Assembly: GCA_038040385.1 (NCBI GenBank)
Contig: JBBPII010000004.1
Coordinates: 147,453-211,452, forward strand
Source: Candidatus Gilichinskyi gelida
Lineage (GTDB): Bacteria > Acidobacteriota > Thermoanaerobaculia > Gp7-AA8
Length of the DNA stretch: 64,000 bases
Reading direction: 5' to 3'
The notes beneath the pieces are model-generated. The model saw only the letters and a program-made list of their open reading frames with translations, was not told the origin of the DNA and ran no database searches. Within the stretch, counting starts at the first letter, position 1. Every line of letters starts with the position of its first letter. The position numbers were made by a program, and so were the translations under genes. Of this stretch, positions 1 through 13,395 are shown piece after piece.

Positions 1-834
1 GCGAAAGCTTGACGTGTAAGAGCCTGAGCACCTCGCTGGCGGGATTGAGAAAGTCCATTCGTACTCGTCGCCGGCGAAGATCATCCCGACAGCCTTGATG
101 GCTGTCCGAACCCAGGCACCCGAGTCGGCGGCTCGGGCGAAGGTCCCATCCAACGACGCTTGAGCAGCTTGATGCGGATGAACTCTTTCAACAGCTTCGC
201 TTCGAGAACGGATTGCGTGACGTTTTCCGCGTACGCGGAAGCAGCCCCCAAAACCGAGGAAAGAGTAAAGAATCGTCTTTTCATCTCTTTCATCTCTTTC
301 GTCTTGGCCTTTTCTGTTTCTCGAAACGATCGACGAACGCGCCGGACTTCCGCCGCATCCCTGGACGTCGCTCGAGCCGCGGATCTTGCGGCCGCGATGC
401 CTCGTCGCCGATTCTGAACGTCCGAGGCGTTAGCCGAATACGTGCGCCTGACCGACGATCTCGTCGGCGCCAAACTCCAGCAACTCGTCGCGTCTCCGAT
501 GTGCAGGCGCGCGTGAGTTGCAGTCTCTGGAATCGCGGGAACAGAAATCCCCGCCAACCGCTCCGTGATTAAAGCATGGGACTTACAGGATCACCCCGAC
601 CCTCACAAGCGCAGCTACATGAACTTGCCGCGCTAGTTGCTGGCGGCGCCGTCGGAGGCGGCCGCCTGTTTTGGGGCGGTCTGCACGACACGCACGAGGA
701 CATCATGCACGTCGACCTATGGACGGGACCGATCCGGCAGAGGACCTAGCTAGCTACACAGATCATTCCTGGCTGCCCCGCAGTTAGTGGATAATAGGCG
801 ATACGGTACGTGAGTCAACTTTTCGGCTTCAGCT

Positions 835-3800
835 GTGAGGACGGGTCTGAACTCAAGAGAAACGCGGATTCTGATTGGCAGCATCGCGACTATTAGTGTC
901 GCCTTGACGGCGCTCGTCGTAATGGAGATCGACCGACGCCGCGATCCGATGCGCCAACTCTCGCACAGCGTTCGGGCACTCGAAAAGCGTTCAATCGAAG
1001 GGCGTATCGCAGAGTTTCCTTATCGTCCGCTGGACCTGCGCCATCCCCCCTCGGCCAACGTTCGGGCCGTTATCACCAATGTCATGCGCTCTGCGTCGGC
1101 GTGCGCTTCTTCAACGTGTCGTCACGCGGCTGGTCTGGCTGCTCTGCTCCTAGGCCGGCCGGCCGATGCGGTGCGGTACTTAAACCAGGCCACTGCCATC
1201 AACCCATCGAATGCGGCGATCTGGAATGACCTTGGCGTGGCACGGTTGACAGCCGCCGCGGCCAATCAACCTCAGGAACTCGTTGATGCACTCACAGCCA
1301 TCGATCGAGGCCAGGAACTCGACCCTACCCTCCTCAGTCTGCGCTTCAATCGAACGATCATTCTCGAACGCATGGGACTGAGAGCCATTGCAGCGAAGTC
1401 GGCTCGAGAAGCAATCACCGTCGACCCTGCATCGGGATGGGCTTCCGAAATGCGCGCGCAGATATTTCGAGCCGCAAGGCCTTTGCGACAGGCCCAGTGG
1501 GCCAGCGCCGTCAGTTCCCTCCGCGAGGCCGCCGAATCCGGCGATTCGAGTTCGATACGGGTTATCGTCAAGAGTTTTCCCCAGATGACTCGGACGTCGG
1601 CCGAGCTTCTCTTCTTGCACGATTGGGCGGATGCCTTCGTCGCCGGTGATGAGAAGAAAGCAGCTGCTCATCTGAGACTCGCGATGTCTGTGGGAACGTC
1701 GCTCCGCGACGGGACAGGTGAATCTCTATTATTCGAAGCAGTCCGGGCCATTACGACCGCAGATCAAGAGGGGGCTTCAACCCTGGCGAATGCGCACCGC
1801 GATTACTACGCCGCAAGGACCTTGTATCGCGAGCGGCGCGTACGCGAATCACTTCCGCTGTTTCAACGTGCCGCTACACGCTTCCAAGCCGCATCAAGTC
1901 CCATGGCTGATGTCGCGCAATATTACGTGGCCAACTGCCTCTACGATCTCAATCGGAACGCGGACGCACTTCACACGATTGACCAACTGCTAGCGTCTGA
2001 GCGATCTGCGCATAAGGCTTTACGAGCTCAGTTGCACTGGGAGCGGGCTACGATTCTTTCCGCATCAGGGCTTCTGCACGAGACATTGGCCGAACACACC
2101 CGCGCGTTGGTGTTGTTCGACGAACTGGACGAGCGAGAGAGCGCCACCTTAGTGCGCTCGGCCTCCTCGGCCGTATACGCGCTGCTGGGCCGCCGCCGCG
2201 ACGCATGGCGCATGCGGATCGCAGCTCTTAAGGCTCTGGGCGAAATGGGAAACCTCGAAGGTATCCAAAATACCTTGGAGCTCGCCGCGCGAACAGAGGC
2301 GCTGAACGGTGATTGGGAAGTCGCGCGCGTTCTCCTTCGGATCGCGACCGAACCAGAGTTGCGGGTCAACGCTCGCGTGACTGCGAGCGCGCTGTTTTGG
2401 CGCGCACTTGCTGCATACCGGTTAGGCCGTTCAGCGGACGCACGCCGGTTGATCGCTGAAGCAACAGCGTCTGTCACTGCAATCCACGATGACGTGATCC
2501 GGCGGAGAGCTCTCGCAGACTTGACGTTCGGCTCCGCGGTAATGATCCGCAGCAGCAATTCATACCGCGCCGTTGAGGTACTGACACATTTCATCGATGA
2601 TGCCATCGCGCGAGAGGACCTTTTTCTCCTTCCTGAGGCGTACTGCGAACGTGCCCGCGCGCGATTAGCCCTTCGCCAACAGCGAGAAGCCATCGCCGAC
2701 TATGACGAAGCTTTGAAGAGTGTCGACCTTCGGCGCAGTGGTGGTAGCCGCGACGACTTTCGCGACGCTTATTTCAGAACAGCCGATACCGCACTGCACG
2801 AATTGGTCGACCTCCTCGATCGACGCGGAGAGTCTCTCGCCGCCTTTGATGCGATCGAGCGCCGAGCGACCGTCAGGCGCCGGACGCCGGCACCACAACG
2901 TTTCGACCACATCGTGCTCGCGTCCTATTTCGTACTGGCCGACCGGATTATCATTTTCCTCTTCAACTCAGATGGCCTTCGCGTGGTTCGTGTTGTGGTC
3001 TCGCGCTCAGAGCTCGCGCAGACGATCAGCCGGTTCCTCGCCAGCGTCCGCGCGGAGAAAGACGGGCAGACTGCTGCAGACGCGGAACGTTTGTCACGCT
3101 GGCTGATTCGTCCTCTCCAGGCGGATCTCACAAATAAGAGGCGGCTGGTTGTGATCCCTGACGAGTTACTGGCGAGCATCCCATTCAATGCTCTACCTAC
3201 ATCAACAGGATCGCGATTGATCCAGGACTTGGAAGTCGTCATCGCTCCCTCTGCTTCTTACGCCTTTCCACATCATGGCGCGCCCACCAAGCGGCGAATG
3301 GCCCTCCTGGTTGGCAATCCGGCGCTCGATCATTCCCTTCTCCCTCTTCTTCCGAACCTCCCAGAAGCTCTCGGCGAAGTTAAGAAAATCGCTGCCATCT
3401 ATGGCCACGATGCCATCGTCCTTACGGGCAGCGAGGCCACGCCGGAGAAAGTCGACGCGATTCTTCGTCGAGCCACGGTGGCCCACATCGGAACTCACGC
3501 CATAGTCGTTGCGGATGATCCCAGTCGATCGTTTCTCGCGCTCACCCCCGATCGGAACGAAGCGAGCGGCTTTCTGTCTGTTCGCTCGATCGCCAACATG
3601 GCGCTGCAAAGCCTGCAGGTGGTCGTTCTCGCCGGCTGCCGAACCGCGTCTCCCACGGCGGAGCGGGCAGCGACAACCAGTATCGCCCGGGCGTTTCTCG
3701 AGGCAGGCGCGCACACTGTGATCGGCACATTATGGGATGTGGACGACGATGATGCGGCGGAATTCTCGATCGACTTTCACCGCCGACTGGCGGTCGGCAT

Positions 3801-3915
3801 GTCGCCGGCCGCCGCGGTCCGCGCCATCCAAATATCGATGCTCAACTCCCGCGACGATCGTATGAGACGCTTTCGCGGCTGGAGCGCCTTCCACGTTTAC
3901 GGTTCCGGAGACTGA
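835..3915 (+). CDS. TPR-like repeat / CHAT-domain protein (caspase-fold protease family) with N-terminal hydrophobic segment
   Basis: 1026-aa ORF. Has an N-terminal hydrophobic stretch (ILIGSIATISVALTALVV) and a long helical repeat middle region. The C-terminal CHAT-type His/Cys dyad context is present (VAHIGTHAIV ... VVVLAGCRTA). The GTG start is taken from the ORF track and is uncertain. Confidence 0.8.
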   Translation: MRTGLNSRETRILIGSIATISVALTALVVMEIDRRRDPMRQLSHSVRALEKRSIEGRIAEFPYRPLDLRHPPSANVRAVITNVMRSASACASSTCRHAAGLAALLLGRPADAVRYLNQATAINPSNAAIWNDLGVARLTAAAANQPQELVDALTAIDRGQELDPTLLSLRFNRTIILERMGLRAIAAKSAREAITVDPASGWASEMRAQIFRAARPLRQAQWASAVSSLREAAESGDSSSIRVIVKSFPQMTRTSAELLFLHDWADAFVAGDEKKAAAHLRLAMSVGTSLRDGTGESLLFEAVRAITTADQEGASTLANAHRDYYAARTLYRERRVRESLPLFQRAATRFQAASSPMADVAQYYVANCLYDLNRNADALHTIDQLLASERSAHKALRAQLHWERATILSASGLLHETLAEHTRALVLFDELDERESATLVRSASSAVYALLGRRRDAWRMRIAALKALGEMGNLEGIQNTLELAARTEALNGDWEVARVLLRIATEPELRVNARVTASALFWRALAAYRLGRSADARRLIAEATASVTAIHDDVIRRRALADLTFGSAVMIRSSNSYRAVEVLTHFIDDAIAREDLFLLPEAYCERARARLALRQQREAIADYDEALKSVDLRRSGGSRDDFRDAYFRTADTALHELVDLLDRRGESLAAFDAIERRATVRRRTPAPQRFDHIVLASYFVLADRIIIFLFNSDGLRVVRVVVSRSELAQTISRFLASVRAEKDGQTAADAERLSRWLIRPLQADLTNKRRLVVIPDELLASIPFNALPTSTGSRLIQDLEVVIAPSASYAFPHHGAPTKRRMALLVGNPALDHSLLPLLPNLPEALGEVKKIAAIYGHDAIVLTGSEATPEKVDAILRRATVAHIGTHAIVVADDPSRSFLALTPDRNEASGFLSVRSIANMALQSLQVVVLAGCRTASPTAERAATTSIARAFLEAGAHTVIGTLWDVDDDDAAEFSIDFHRRLAVGMSPAAAVRAIQISMLNSRDDRMRRFRGWSAFHVYGSGD

Positions 3916-3939
3916 GGAAACAGAAAAAAGGAGAATGAA

Positions 3940-4719
3940 ATGTTCGAGATGCGATTCATCGGCCTCATGACTCACGGCAGGATTCGGGATGACTCGGGCG
4001 CGAATTTGTGGGTTGTTGTGTTCTACAACGTTCCACATCCGCCGCACACGCCGCTGCTTTCCATCCACAAACGCGACTACGATTATGCGCGCACGACTGT
4101 CCATCCGATCTCGACCGGCGACAATCGCTGCTGGAAGCTGGAGGGAAAGATCTACACAGATCTCGGTTCTGGTTTCCCTCAAGCATATGCGAACGATGGA
4201 ACGCCGAGCACCGATCTCCCCGACGTCAAAAAACTATCGGAGATCACGAATGGGAAATACGTCTCGGAGGCCGTCCTCAAGCTGGACCCGGCGTTGAGCG
4301 AAAACATCGCTGCGATTTTCATCCTCCCGCCCGGCAATATTTACACCGAAGACTGGTTCCAGAAAAAAGGACAGCTGAAATCCGCAACCGGCGCATTCTG
4401 TGTGGCGCGAACCATTCTCTTTCAAGCGGATCCGGCAAACGATGTTGCATTCACGATCATCACGCAAGCGGGCTCGGAAACAATCGTACTGAAGAACAGT
4501 GCGCAGGCATGGTTCACGAACTTGCCTCACGCAAACGCCGATCATGCTCATTACGAGACGCACAGGTCCTTCTTCGAAGACCCAGACAAGGTCACAATCG
4601 ACGTCGTCGAGGATCACCCCGCCCTCAAATGCGAGAAGGGCTCATCTGACCCGGACCGCCCACAGTGTACGACGGGAGCGAACTTTACCGTCGAATGTTC
4701 GAACACGCAGTGGCCCTGA
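3940..4719 (+). CDS. hypothetical protein, co-transcribed with the CHAT gene
   Basis: 259-aa ORF starting 25 nt after the CHAT stop. An AAGGAG Shine-Dalgarno lies about 7 nt upstream of the ATG. GC is markedly lower here (29/60 at 4141-4200 by hand count). I recognise no family motif. Confidence 0.6.
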   Translation: MFEMRFIGLMTHGRIRDDSGANLWVVVFYNVPHPPHTPLLSIHKRDYDYARTTVHPISTGDNRCWKLEGKIYTDLGSGFPQAYANDGTPSTDLPDVKKLSEITNGKYVSEAVLKLDPALSENIAAIFILPPGNIYTEDWFQKKGQLKSATGAFCVARTILFQADPANDVAFTIITQAGSETIVLKNSAQAWFTNLPHANADHAHYETHRSFFEDPDKVTIDVVEDHPALKCEKGSSDPDRPQCTTGANFTVECSNTQWP

Positions 4720-4762
4720 ATCGCATGTGTAAGTTTTGCGTCAAGAGCATCCCCAGTTGGCG

Positions 4763-5881
4763 TCACGCTGGCGCTTGAACCAGACCCTTACCCAAAAGGT
4801 CTGGTTGTCCGAGATCGAGGGCTCGAAGCCTGAGCACTTCGCGCAGAGCTTCGCCTCTGTACTTGGCATCGCTGTGCGCCCACAACGCAGCGACACCGGC
4901 CGCGTAAGCGGCTGCCTGGCTCGTTCCACTGTCCCTTTGATACGCCGCCACTCTCGAGAAGTACGAGGAAAGAATACCTTCCCCGGGGGCGGCGACCTCT
5001 ACGACGTCCGACCTTCCAGAACCGGCTGAATACTCCCACGGTCCACCGTTGTCATCCACTGCCGCCACGGCCATGATCGAAGGCGCGTTCGCCGGATGCC
5101 CTAACAGGGCGACGGTCGTGGAGCTGGTATCGTTCCCGGCCGCGGCAATGATTAAGCTGGTCTTTTTGATACCCGCCGCATCGTTTTCGAACACCGCAAC
5201 AGGCGGAACATCGGCACTCATGCACATCACGATGATGTCGGCCGCCAAATCTGCCGCCAGATTCATGGCCTTAAGGATGTCACCATCGTCGCCCAGTAGG
5301 TCGTTATCCAGCGCACGAATGATCATGAGAGTCACGTCCGGTGCAGCGCCGTAACCCGGATGTTTTCCATAGGCCACACGCGGACCGGCGATCAATCCCG
5401 TGCAATGTGTACCGTGACCATTTTTATCGCAAGAGTCGAGGTTTTTCACTTTGGAGTCTCGCAAGATACTTCGGCTCATGAAATCGGGATGATCACATTC
5501 CAGTCCGCTGTCGAGTACCGCTACTTTGATTCCCGCCCCGGTCCATTTCAAATCGGATGAGATTTTCATCTCCTGAAGTGGATTCATTCGGAACTGTTTG
5601 TCCGGAAGCGGCACGCTTCTGATACCGATGACCCGCTCAGGGTCTACAGCTATGATTTCGTATTTCGCGCGCAGCGATGGATCGATGTCGTCCGGAGCGG
5701 CTGGTACTCGAGCCGAGCCAAAGCGGCTCAGGAACAAGCCTTCGAGCTCCTCGCGGGCAAATCTATCCGTTCTGAGCTGAAGTTCCGACAGAAACTCCCG
5801 AAAGCGCGCTTGCGAGATCGGCTCTGCAAAAACGACCAACGATCGTCCCGTTAGAGCCAGTTCTTTTCGCTCTCCATTCAT
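4763..5881 (-). CDS. subtilisin-like serine protease (peptidase S8), no signal peptide
   Basis: The Asp/His/Ser triad motifs are present: VAVLDSGLECDHPDF, GHGTHCTGLIAG, SGTSQAAAYAAGVAAL. I chose the start at ATG 5881 (MNGERKE...) because GGAGGTGG lies 5 nt upstream. The track ORF extends to 5932. GC is low (26/60 at 5401-5460). Confidence 0.85.
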   Translation of the reverse strand: MNGERKELALTGRSLVVFAEPISQARFREFLSELQLRTDRFAREELEGLFLSRFGSARVPAAPDDIDPSLRAKYEIIAVDPERVIGIRSVPLPDKQFRMNPLQEMKISSDLKWTGAGIKVAVLDSGLECDHPDFMSRSILRDSKVKNLDSCDKNGHGTHCTGLIAGPRVAYGKHPGYGAAPDVTLMIIRALDNDLLGDDGDILKAMNLAADLAADIIVMCMSADVPPVAVFENDAAGIKKTSLIIAAAGNDTSSTTVALLGHPANAPSIMAVAAVDDNGGPWEYSAGSGRSDVVEVAAPGEGILSSYFSRVAAYQRDSGTSQAAAYAAGVAALWAHSDAKYRGEALREVLRLRALDLGQPDLLGKGLVQAPA

Positions 5882-6176
5882 TCGCCACCTCCGTTGCGTG
5901 ATTGTAATGAATCCAACCAGCCAATGGAACAAGAGCGCGAATCGAAACGTGCGCGGGAAACGCCCTGTCAGCGATACGAGCGAACTCGCGCTGTACCGCT
6001 CGCGTCCCGGAGCGCGTGGGTGATGATTTCTTGCGTGTAGAAGCTCCTTCAGGACACGAGAACACAGCGCGAAGACGCGGTGCTGGGTCCTCGAGAGAGC
6101 GCATCGGCGAGCGATGGTCGACGTCGTTTCGTCGCCCCCAATTTGGGCACATCGAGGTCAAACCGAACGCTTCGTT

Positions 6177-6220
6177 GAGCCGTTAGCCGGATTTGAACCG
6201 GCGACCTGCTGATTACGAAT
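6177..6220 (-). repeat. 3'-half fragment of tRNA-Thr(CGT), att-like direct repeat
   Basis: The 44 nt at 6177-6220 match 31483-31526 (the 3' half of the intact tRNA-Thr, from the anticodon to the acceptor end) with 1 mismatch (6185 a vs 31491 g). The upstream part cannot form an anticodon stem or D arm, so this is not a functional tRNA. As a cross-check, track ORFs 6158..6421 and 31404..31607 share the peptide IRNQQVAGSNPANGS. Confidence 0.85.
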
Positions 6221-6461
6221 GGCGCTACGGACTCTTGGTTGCTCCCCGACGCTCGTGCTTTCAACCACTTGCGGAATTGCATGGGTGTCGGGAGCGGTCC
6301 ATGAATGTCCGTAGAAACGCAACTTCGACACCCGAACGACACCTCTTTGAACGCCTCCCGCGCGCCTGAGGGGCCACCGCGCCATCCGGGCCCGCGCGGC
6401 GCAGCTCAAGCCGTTCGCCATCGTGCTTGCACGATTTGCCTACAGTGCCTACAATTGATGC

Positions 6462-6704
6462 ATGCAGTACACCGTTCGTGGTATTTCCGTCGCCCTTGAC
6501 GCCGCCTTGCGCAAACGCGCCCGGGCCGCGGGCAAAAGCCTCAACGAGGCCGCCATCGAAGCGCTGGCGGAAGGAACTGGCCTGATCGAAGTTCCCCGGA
6601 AGCGAAGGAATCTCCGAGACATCGCTGGGACGTGGAAGGCGGACAAAGCCTTCGAGACCGCAATCGCCGCGCAGGACCGGGTGGATGAGGATCTCTGGGA
6701 GTGA
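6462..6704 (+). CDS. vapB: type II antitoxin, VapB-like (ribbon-helix-helix type)
   Basis: 80-aa ORF that overlaps the downstream PIN gene by 4 nt (GTGA). The N-terminus MQYTVRGISVALDAALRKRA is typical of small DNA-binding antitoxins. Confidence 0.65.
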   Translation: MQYTVRGISVALDAALRKRARAAGKSLNEAAIEALAEGTGLIEVPRKRRNLRDIAGTWKADKAFETAIAAQDRVDEDLWE

Positions 6705-7084
6705 GGGTCGCTCTCGATACCAATCGATACGTCGATCTCTGCAAAGGCGTGGTCGAGACCGTGACTCTCCTGGAGGAAGCCGAGGCCGTCGTTGTGCCGT
6801 TCGTCGTGCTCGGCGAACTGCGAGCGGGGTTCGCCAACGGTCGTCGTCAGGCGGAGAATGAACGAACGTTGCGACGCTTCCTCTTGAAGGACAGCGTCGA
6901 TGTCCTTTTCGCTGATGACCAGACGACGCATCACTACGCCGCCGTGTTTCTACAACTCCGGAAACAGGGAACGCCGATTCCCACCAACGACATATGGCTT
7001 GCGGCACTGGTTCTTCAGCACAATCTCGTCCTGCACGCGCGGGATCGTCATTTCGATTACCTCCCACAGATCATTCGAGTCTGA
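6701..7084 (+). CDS. vapC: PIN-domain toxin VapC
   Basis: 127 aa. PIN acidic residues appear in the expected contexts: an N-terminal ALDTN motif, a central E, and C-terminal TNDIWLAALV ... RDRHFD. The gene is translationally coupled to the antitoxin. Confidence 0.75.
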   Translation: MRVALDTNRYVDLCKGVVETVTLLEEAEAVVVPFVVLGELRAGFANGRRQAENERTLRRFLLKDSVDVLFADDQTTHHYAAVFLQLRKQGTPIPTNDIWLAALVLQHNLVLHARDRHFDYLPQIIRV

Positions 7085-7253
7085 GAGAGCCCCTTCTTCC
7101 CGCCACGTGCGGCGAGACTTGGGTTGGGGGCGGCGATGCGTCGGTCGTGGCCACCGTCGCCACCGGCCGCTGGGCCGGCCGACTGCGTACAATGACGTTG
7201 ATGTTTTCAGTCGCGGAGAAGCGCCTCACGCCTGATGAGTACCTTCGCGGGGA

Positions 7254-10340
<3,087 letters not shown>

Positions 10341-12524
10341 CTATGCCGGGGACGACATCGCATTCTTCAGGCAGTGCACGAGCCGCGTCCACCGTTCGCC
10401 GCCGCGTCCCGTGCGCACCGCCCTCTCGACCGACCGGGAGTCGCCGACAATGACGACCAGCTTTCGGCCGCGCGTCACCGCCGTGTAGAGGAGATTGCGG
10501 CGCAGCATGATCGAGTGCTGCGGCATCAAGACAATGACAACGGCCTCATACTCGGATCCCTGCGACTTGTGGATCGTCGTGGCGTAGGCCAGCGTCAGTT
10601 GATCGGCTTCGTCGAATGCGTAATCGACGATGACCTCGCCGCCGAAGTCGACGTTAAAGAGCTCCTCCTCGGCGTCCACCGTGGCGATCACGCCGACGTC
10701 ACCGTTGAAAACGCCCTTCTCATAGCTGTTCTCGAGTTGCATGACTTTGTCGCCGGGGCAGAAGAAAACGCCGTTTGGCCGTTCCACGCGCGCCTTGTGT
10801 CGAGCCGGGGGGTTCAGGGCGCTCTGCAACTCGGCGTTCAAAAGATGAATGCCGGCGGGACCTGAGCGCATCGGAGCCAGCACCTGCACGTCCCGCAACG
10901 AGTGGAATCCGAATCTCTGTGGGATCCTCGTTGTGACGAGGTCGACGACCTGACGAACGGCGCGTTCCGGAGAGCTCGCGGGGAAGTAAAACATGTCCGA
11001 ACCCTCGCTGATCGAGCCGAACCGAGGAAGCTCGCCTCGGTTGATCCGGTGCGCATTCAAAACGATTTGACTCCCCTCCGCCTGCCGGTGGATCTCCGTC
11101 AGACGAATCGACGGGATCCGTTCCGACTGCAGGATGTCGTGGAGCACCTGACCGGGGCCGATCGACGGCAACTGATCGGCGTCGCCGACCAGGATGATGG
11201 CAGCTCGAGGGGGCATGGCCCGCAAGATCGCGTCGAGGAGAGGCACGTCGACCATCGAAGACTCGTCAATGATGATCACGTCCGCCTCGAGAGGGTTCTC
11301 TTCGTTGCGCTGGAATTGCCCCGATTGCGGACTCATCTCCAGCAGGCGGTGAATCGTCCGCGCCGTGCTTCCCGTGCTCTCGCCGAGTCGTTTCGCCGCC
11401 CGGCCGGTCGGAGCCGCGAGCGACACCGTCAGCTCGGCGGATTCAAACACGGCCACGAGCGCACGCACCAGGGTCGTTTTTCCGACGCCCGGACCGCCGG
11501 TGATGACGACGGCTCTCGATGTGAGCGCGAGATCGATCGCCCGCCGCTGCGTGGCATCCAACGGAATCCCGCTCTCTGCCTCCGCGATTCCGACGGCCTC
11601 TTCCGGGTCGATGTCATGCCACGCCGGCACTTCGTCCGCGAGCTTCGCCAGCGATGCCGCGATCCGCGATTCGGCGCGATACAGCGCCGGCTCGAACACC
11701 ATGCGCCGGCCGTCGAGATCCTCCTCGACCACGACGCGGCTGGCGATTGCGGTCTTGACCATTTCGGCGACGAGATCCGATTCGATGCCGAGGAGCGCGA
11801 CGGCCTGCCTCACTGCCTCGTCGACGGGGATGCCGCAATGGCCACTCTCCCTCGCCGCCTCGACCACGTGACGCACGCCTGCCATCAACCGAAACGGAGA
11901 TCGGAGGTCGTGACCCAGCCGTTGCGCGATCGCGTCGGCTGTACGGAAGCCGATTCCCCGAACCTCGTGGACAAGGCGATATGGATTCTGACGAATCATG
12001 GCCACGGCGCGCTGGCCGTACTGCTGGTGAATCCGAAACGCGCGCGCGCCGCCGAGACCGATCGAGGCCAGAAAGACCATCAGATCGCGCACGCCGCGCT
12101 GCTGTTCCCAGCTCTCCTTGATCTTCTCCAGCGTCCGCCGGCCAACCCCGGGAATCTCGCGCAGGCGTTCCGGCTCCTGGTCGATAACCCGAAGAACGTC
12201 GGCGCCGAAGCGTTCGACGAACCGCTTCGCCAGCGCCACTCCGATTCCTTTCACATGCCCGGCCGCAAGATAGCTCTCGATGCCTTCCGCGCTGGTCGGC
12301 ATGACCGGCGCTGCCGACTCGGCCGCGAACTGCCGGCCCCACTTCTTGTGACTCCGCCACTCGCCCGTGACCGCGACCAGCTCGCCGGGCTGGAGCTCCA
12401 GGCAGTTGCCGACGAAGGTCACCTCCTCTCCCGAATCCTCGCGCGATCCGACGGCGACGGTGAAGCCCGTGCCGGCGTCGTGGAAATGCACGCGCCGAAG
12501 TGTGAGGTGAATCGTCTCCGGCAT
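10341..12524 (-). CDS. recD2: RecD2-like SF1B ATP-dependent DNA helicase
   Basis: Motifs: Walker A ITGGPGVGKTT, Walker B IIIDESSMVD, LVGDADQLPSIGPG, TIHKSQGSEY. There is an N-terminal HhH-like region. Its stop codon abuts the SNF2 stop codon with zero gap. Confidence 0.9.
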   Translation of the reverse strand: MPETIHLTLRRVHFHDAGTGFTVAVGSREDSGEEVTFVGNCLELQPGELVAVTGEWRSHKKWGRQFAAESAAPVMPTSAEGIESYLAAGHVKGIGVALAKRFVERFGADVLRVIDQEPERLREIPGVGRRTLEKIKESWEQQRGVRDLMVFLASIGLGGARAFRIHQQYGQRAVAMIRQNPYRLVHEVRGIGFRTADAIAQRLGHDLRSPFRLMAGVRHVVEAARESGHCGIPVDEAVRQAVALLGIESDLVAEMVKTAIASRVVVEEDLDGRRMVFEPALYRAESRIAASLAKLADEVPAWHDIDPEEAVGIAEAESGIPLDATQRRAIDLALTSRAVVITGGPGVGKTTLVRALVAVFESAELTVSLAAPTGRAAKRLGESTGSTARTIHRLLEMSPQSGQFQRNEENPLEADVIIIDESSMVDVPLLDAILRAMPPRAAIILVGDADQLPSIGPGQVLHDILQSERIPSIRLTEIHRQAEGSQIVLNAHRINRGELPRFGSISEGSDMFYFPASSPERAVRQVVDLVTTRIPQRFGFHSLRDVQVLAPMRSGPAGIHLLNAELQSALNPPARHKARVERPNGVFFCPGDKVMQLENSYEKGVFNGDVGVIATVDAEEELFNVDFGGEVIVDYAFDEADQLTLAYATTIHKSQGSEYEAVVIVLMPQHSIMLRRNLLYTAVTRGRKLVVIVGDSRSVERAVRTGRGGERWTRLVHCLKNAMSSPA

Positions 12525-12555
12525 ATTCCGAGGATGACACGTTTAGAATCGTTTC

Positions 12556-13380
12556 ATGGCGTGGTACCGAGACTACTTCCCTCCTTCGGTGCCGATCGCG
12601 GTCAAGGGAGGGATCAAGTCGCGCTCGAAGCGCGGCGCGTTCGCGACGAACTGGTGGGCCCGCCGCTGGATCGCCGTTCTCGAGGCGCTGAACCTCGGCG
12701 GACGCTTGCAGCGCGGTCGCAGCTACGCGCGCAAAGGTCAGGTCCTCGACATCGACATCGAGCCGGGCGTGGTCCGCGCCGAGGTGCAGGGATCGCGGCC
12801 GAAACCCTACACCATCGGCATCGGCGTCGCGCAGCTCGGGGGACAACAGACGAAACGCCTGGCAATCGAGTTGGGGAAGAATCCCTATTGTCTGGCCAAG
12901 CTGGCGGCTCGCGAGATGCCGCCGGACGTCGAGAAGCTCTTCGAGGTCGCCCACGTCTCACTCTTTCCGTCGCGCGCCAGCGAGCTGCGAACCGAATGCT
13001 CCTGTCCCGACTGGTCGAATCCGTGCAAGCACATCGCCGCCGTCTACTACCTCCTAGGCGAGGAGTTCGACCGCGATCCCTTCCTCATCTTCCGCCTGCG
13101 CGGCATCGACACCACCGCGCTGCTCGACGCCGTCGGCGGCGCGGCCGCGCCACCGGAGAGGGTTGAAGGGGATGAACCGACTCCGCTACAACAGGGCGAC
13201 TTCTGGGAAGGCGAACGCGCCGAGATCGATCTCACCGTCGACACCACCCGCCCCCCCGCCCCGCTCCTCCATCTTCTCGGAAATCTCCCGTTCTGGCGTG
13301 GAGAGCAGCCGCTGGCAGAGTCGCTCGAACCTGCGTACGCACGCGCCGCTGTCGCGGCCGTGGAGCTTCTGTCGAGTTGA
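12556..13380 (+). CDS. SWIM zinc-finger protein (typical partner of bacterial SNF2 helicases)
   Basis: The SWIM CxC...CxH signature is present as CSCPDWSNPCKHIAAVYY. The N-terminal motif FATNWWARRWI is typical of this family. Confidence 0.8.
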   Translation: MAWYRDYFPPSVPIAVKGGIKSRSKRGAFATNWWARRWIAVLEALNLGGRLQRGRSYARKGQVLDIDIEPGVVRAEVQGSRPKPYTIGIGVAQLGGQQTKRLAIELGKNPYCLAKLAAREMPPDVEKLFEVAHVSLFPSRASELRTECSCPDWSNPCKHIAAVYYLLGEEFDRDPFLIFRLRGIDTTALLDAVGGAAAPPERVEGDEPTPLQQGDFWEGERAEIDLTVDTTRPPAPLLHLLGNLPFWRGEQPLAESLEPAYARAAVAAVELLSS

Positions 13381-13395
13381 GGTGCTGGCACCGCC

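Noticed and set aside
81-557. 158-aa minus-strand ORF. An internal start near 284-293 would give a ~70-aa peptide with a signal-like MKRRFFTLSSVLGAASAYA
   Set aside because: There are no family motifs. The upstream two-thirds is Arg/Ala-rich noise. The short version is possible but I cannot support it from sequence alone.
6177-6260. Possible second intact tRNA-Thr gene
   Set aside because: Only the 3' 44 nt match the tRNA. The sequence 5' of the anticodon (GGCGCTACGGACTC...) cannot pair to form an anticodon stem, D arm or acceptor stem.
5882-6461. Search for an integrase or recombinase gene or remnant next to the att-like repeat; also checked 30812..31480
   Set aside because: I see no ORF with tyrosine- or serine-recombinase hallmarks. 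ORFs 5763..6161, 6049..6342 and 6261..7067 are low-complexity and overlap supported genes. Absence of an integrase is therefore recorded as a caveat on the island call.
10902-13166. 754-aa plus-strand ORF, and the 446-aa minus-strand ORF at 11614..12954, overlapping recD2 and the SWIM gene
   Set aside because: Both are Arg/Pro/Gly/His-rich, low-complexity translations lying antisense or out of frame to genes with clear helicase and SWIM motifs. This is typical shadow-ORF behaviour in high-GC DNA.
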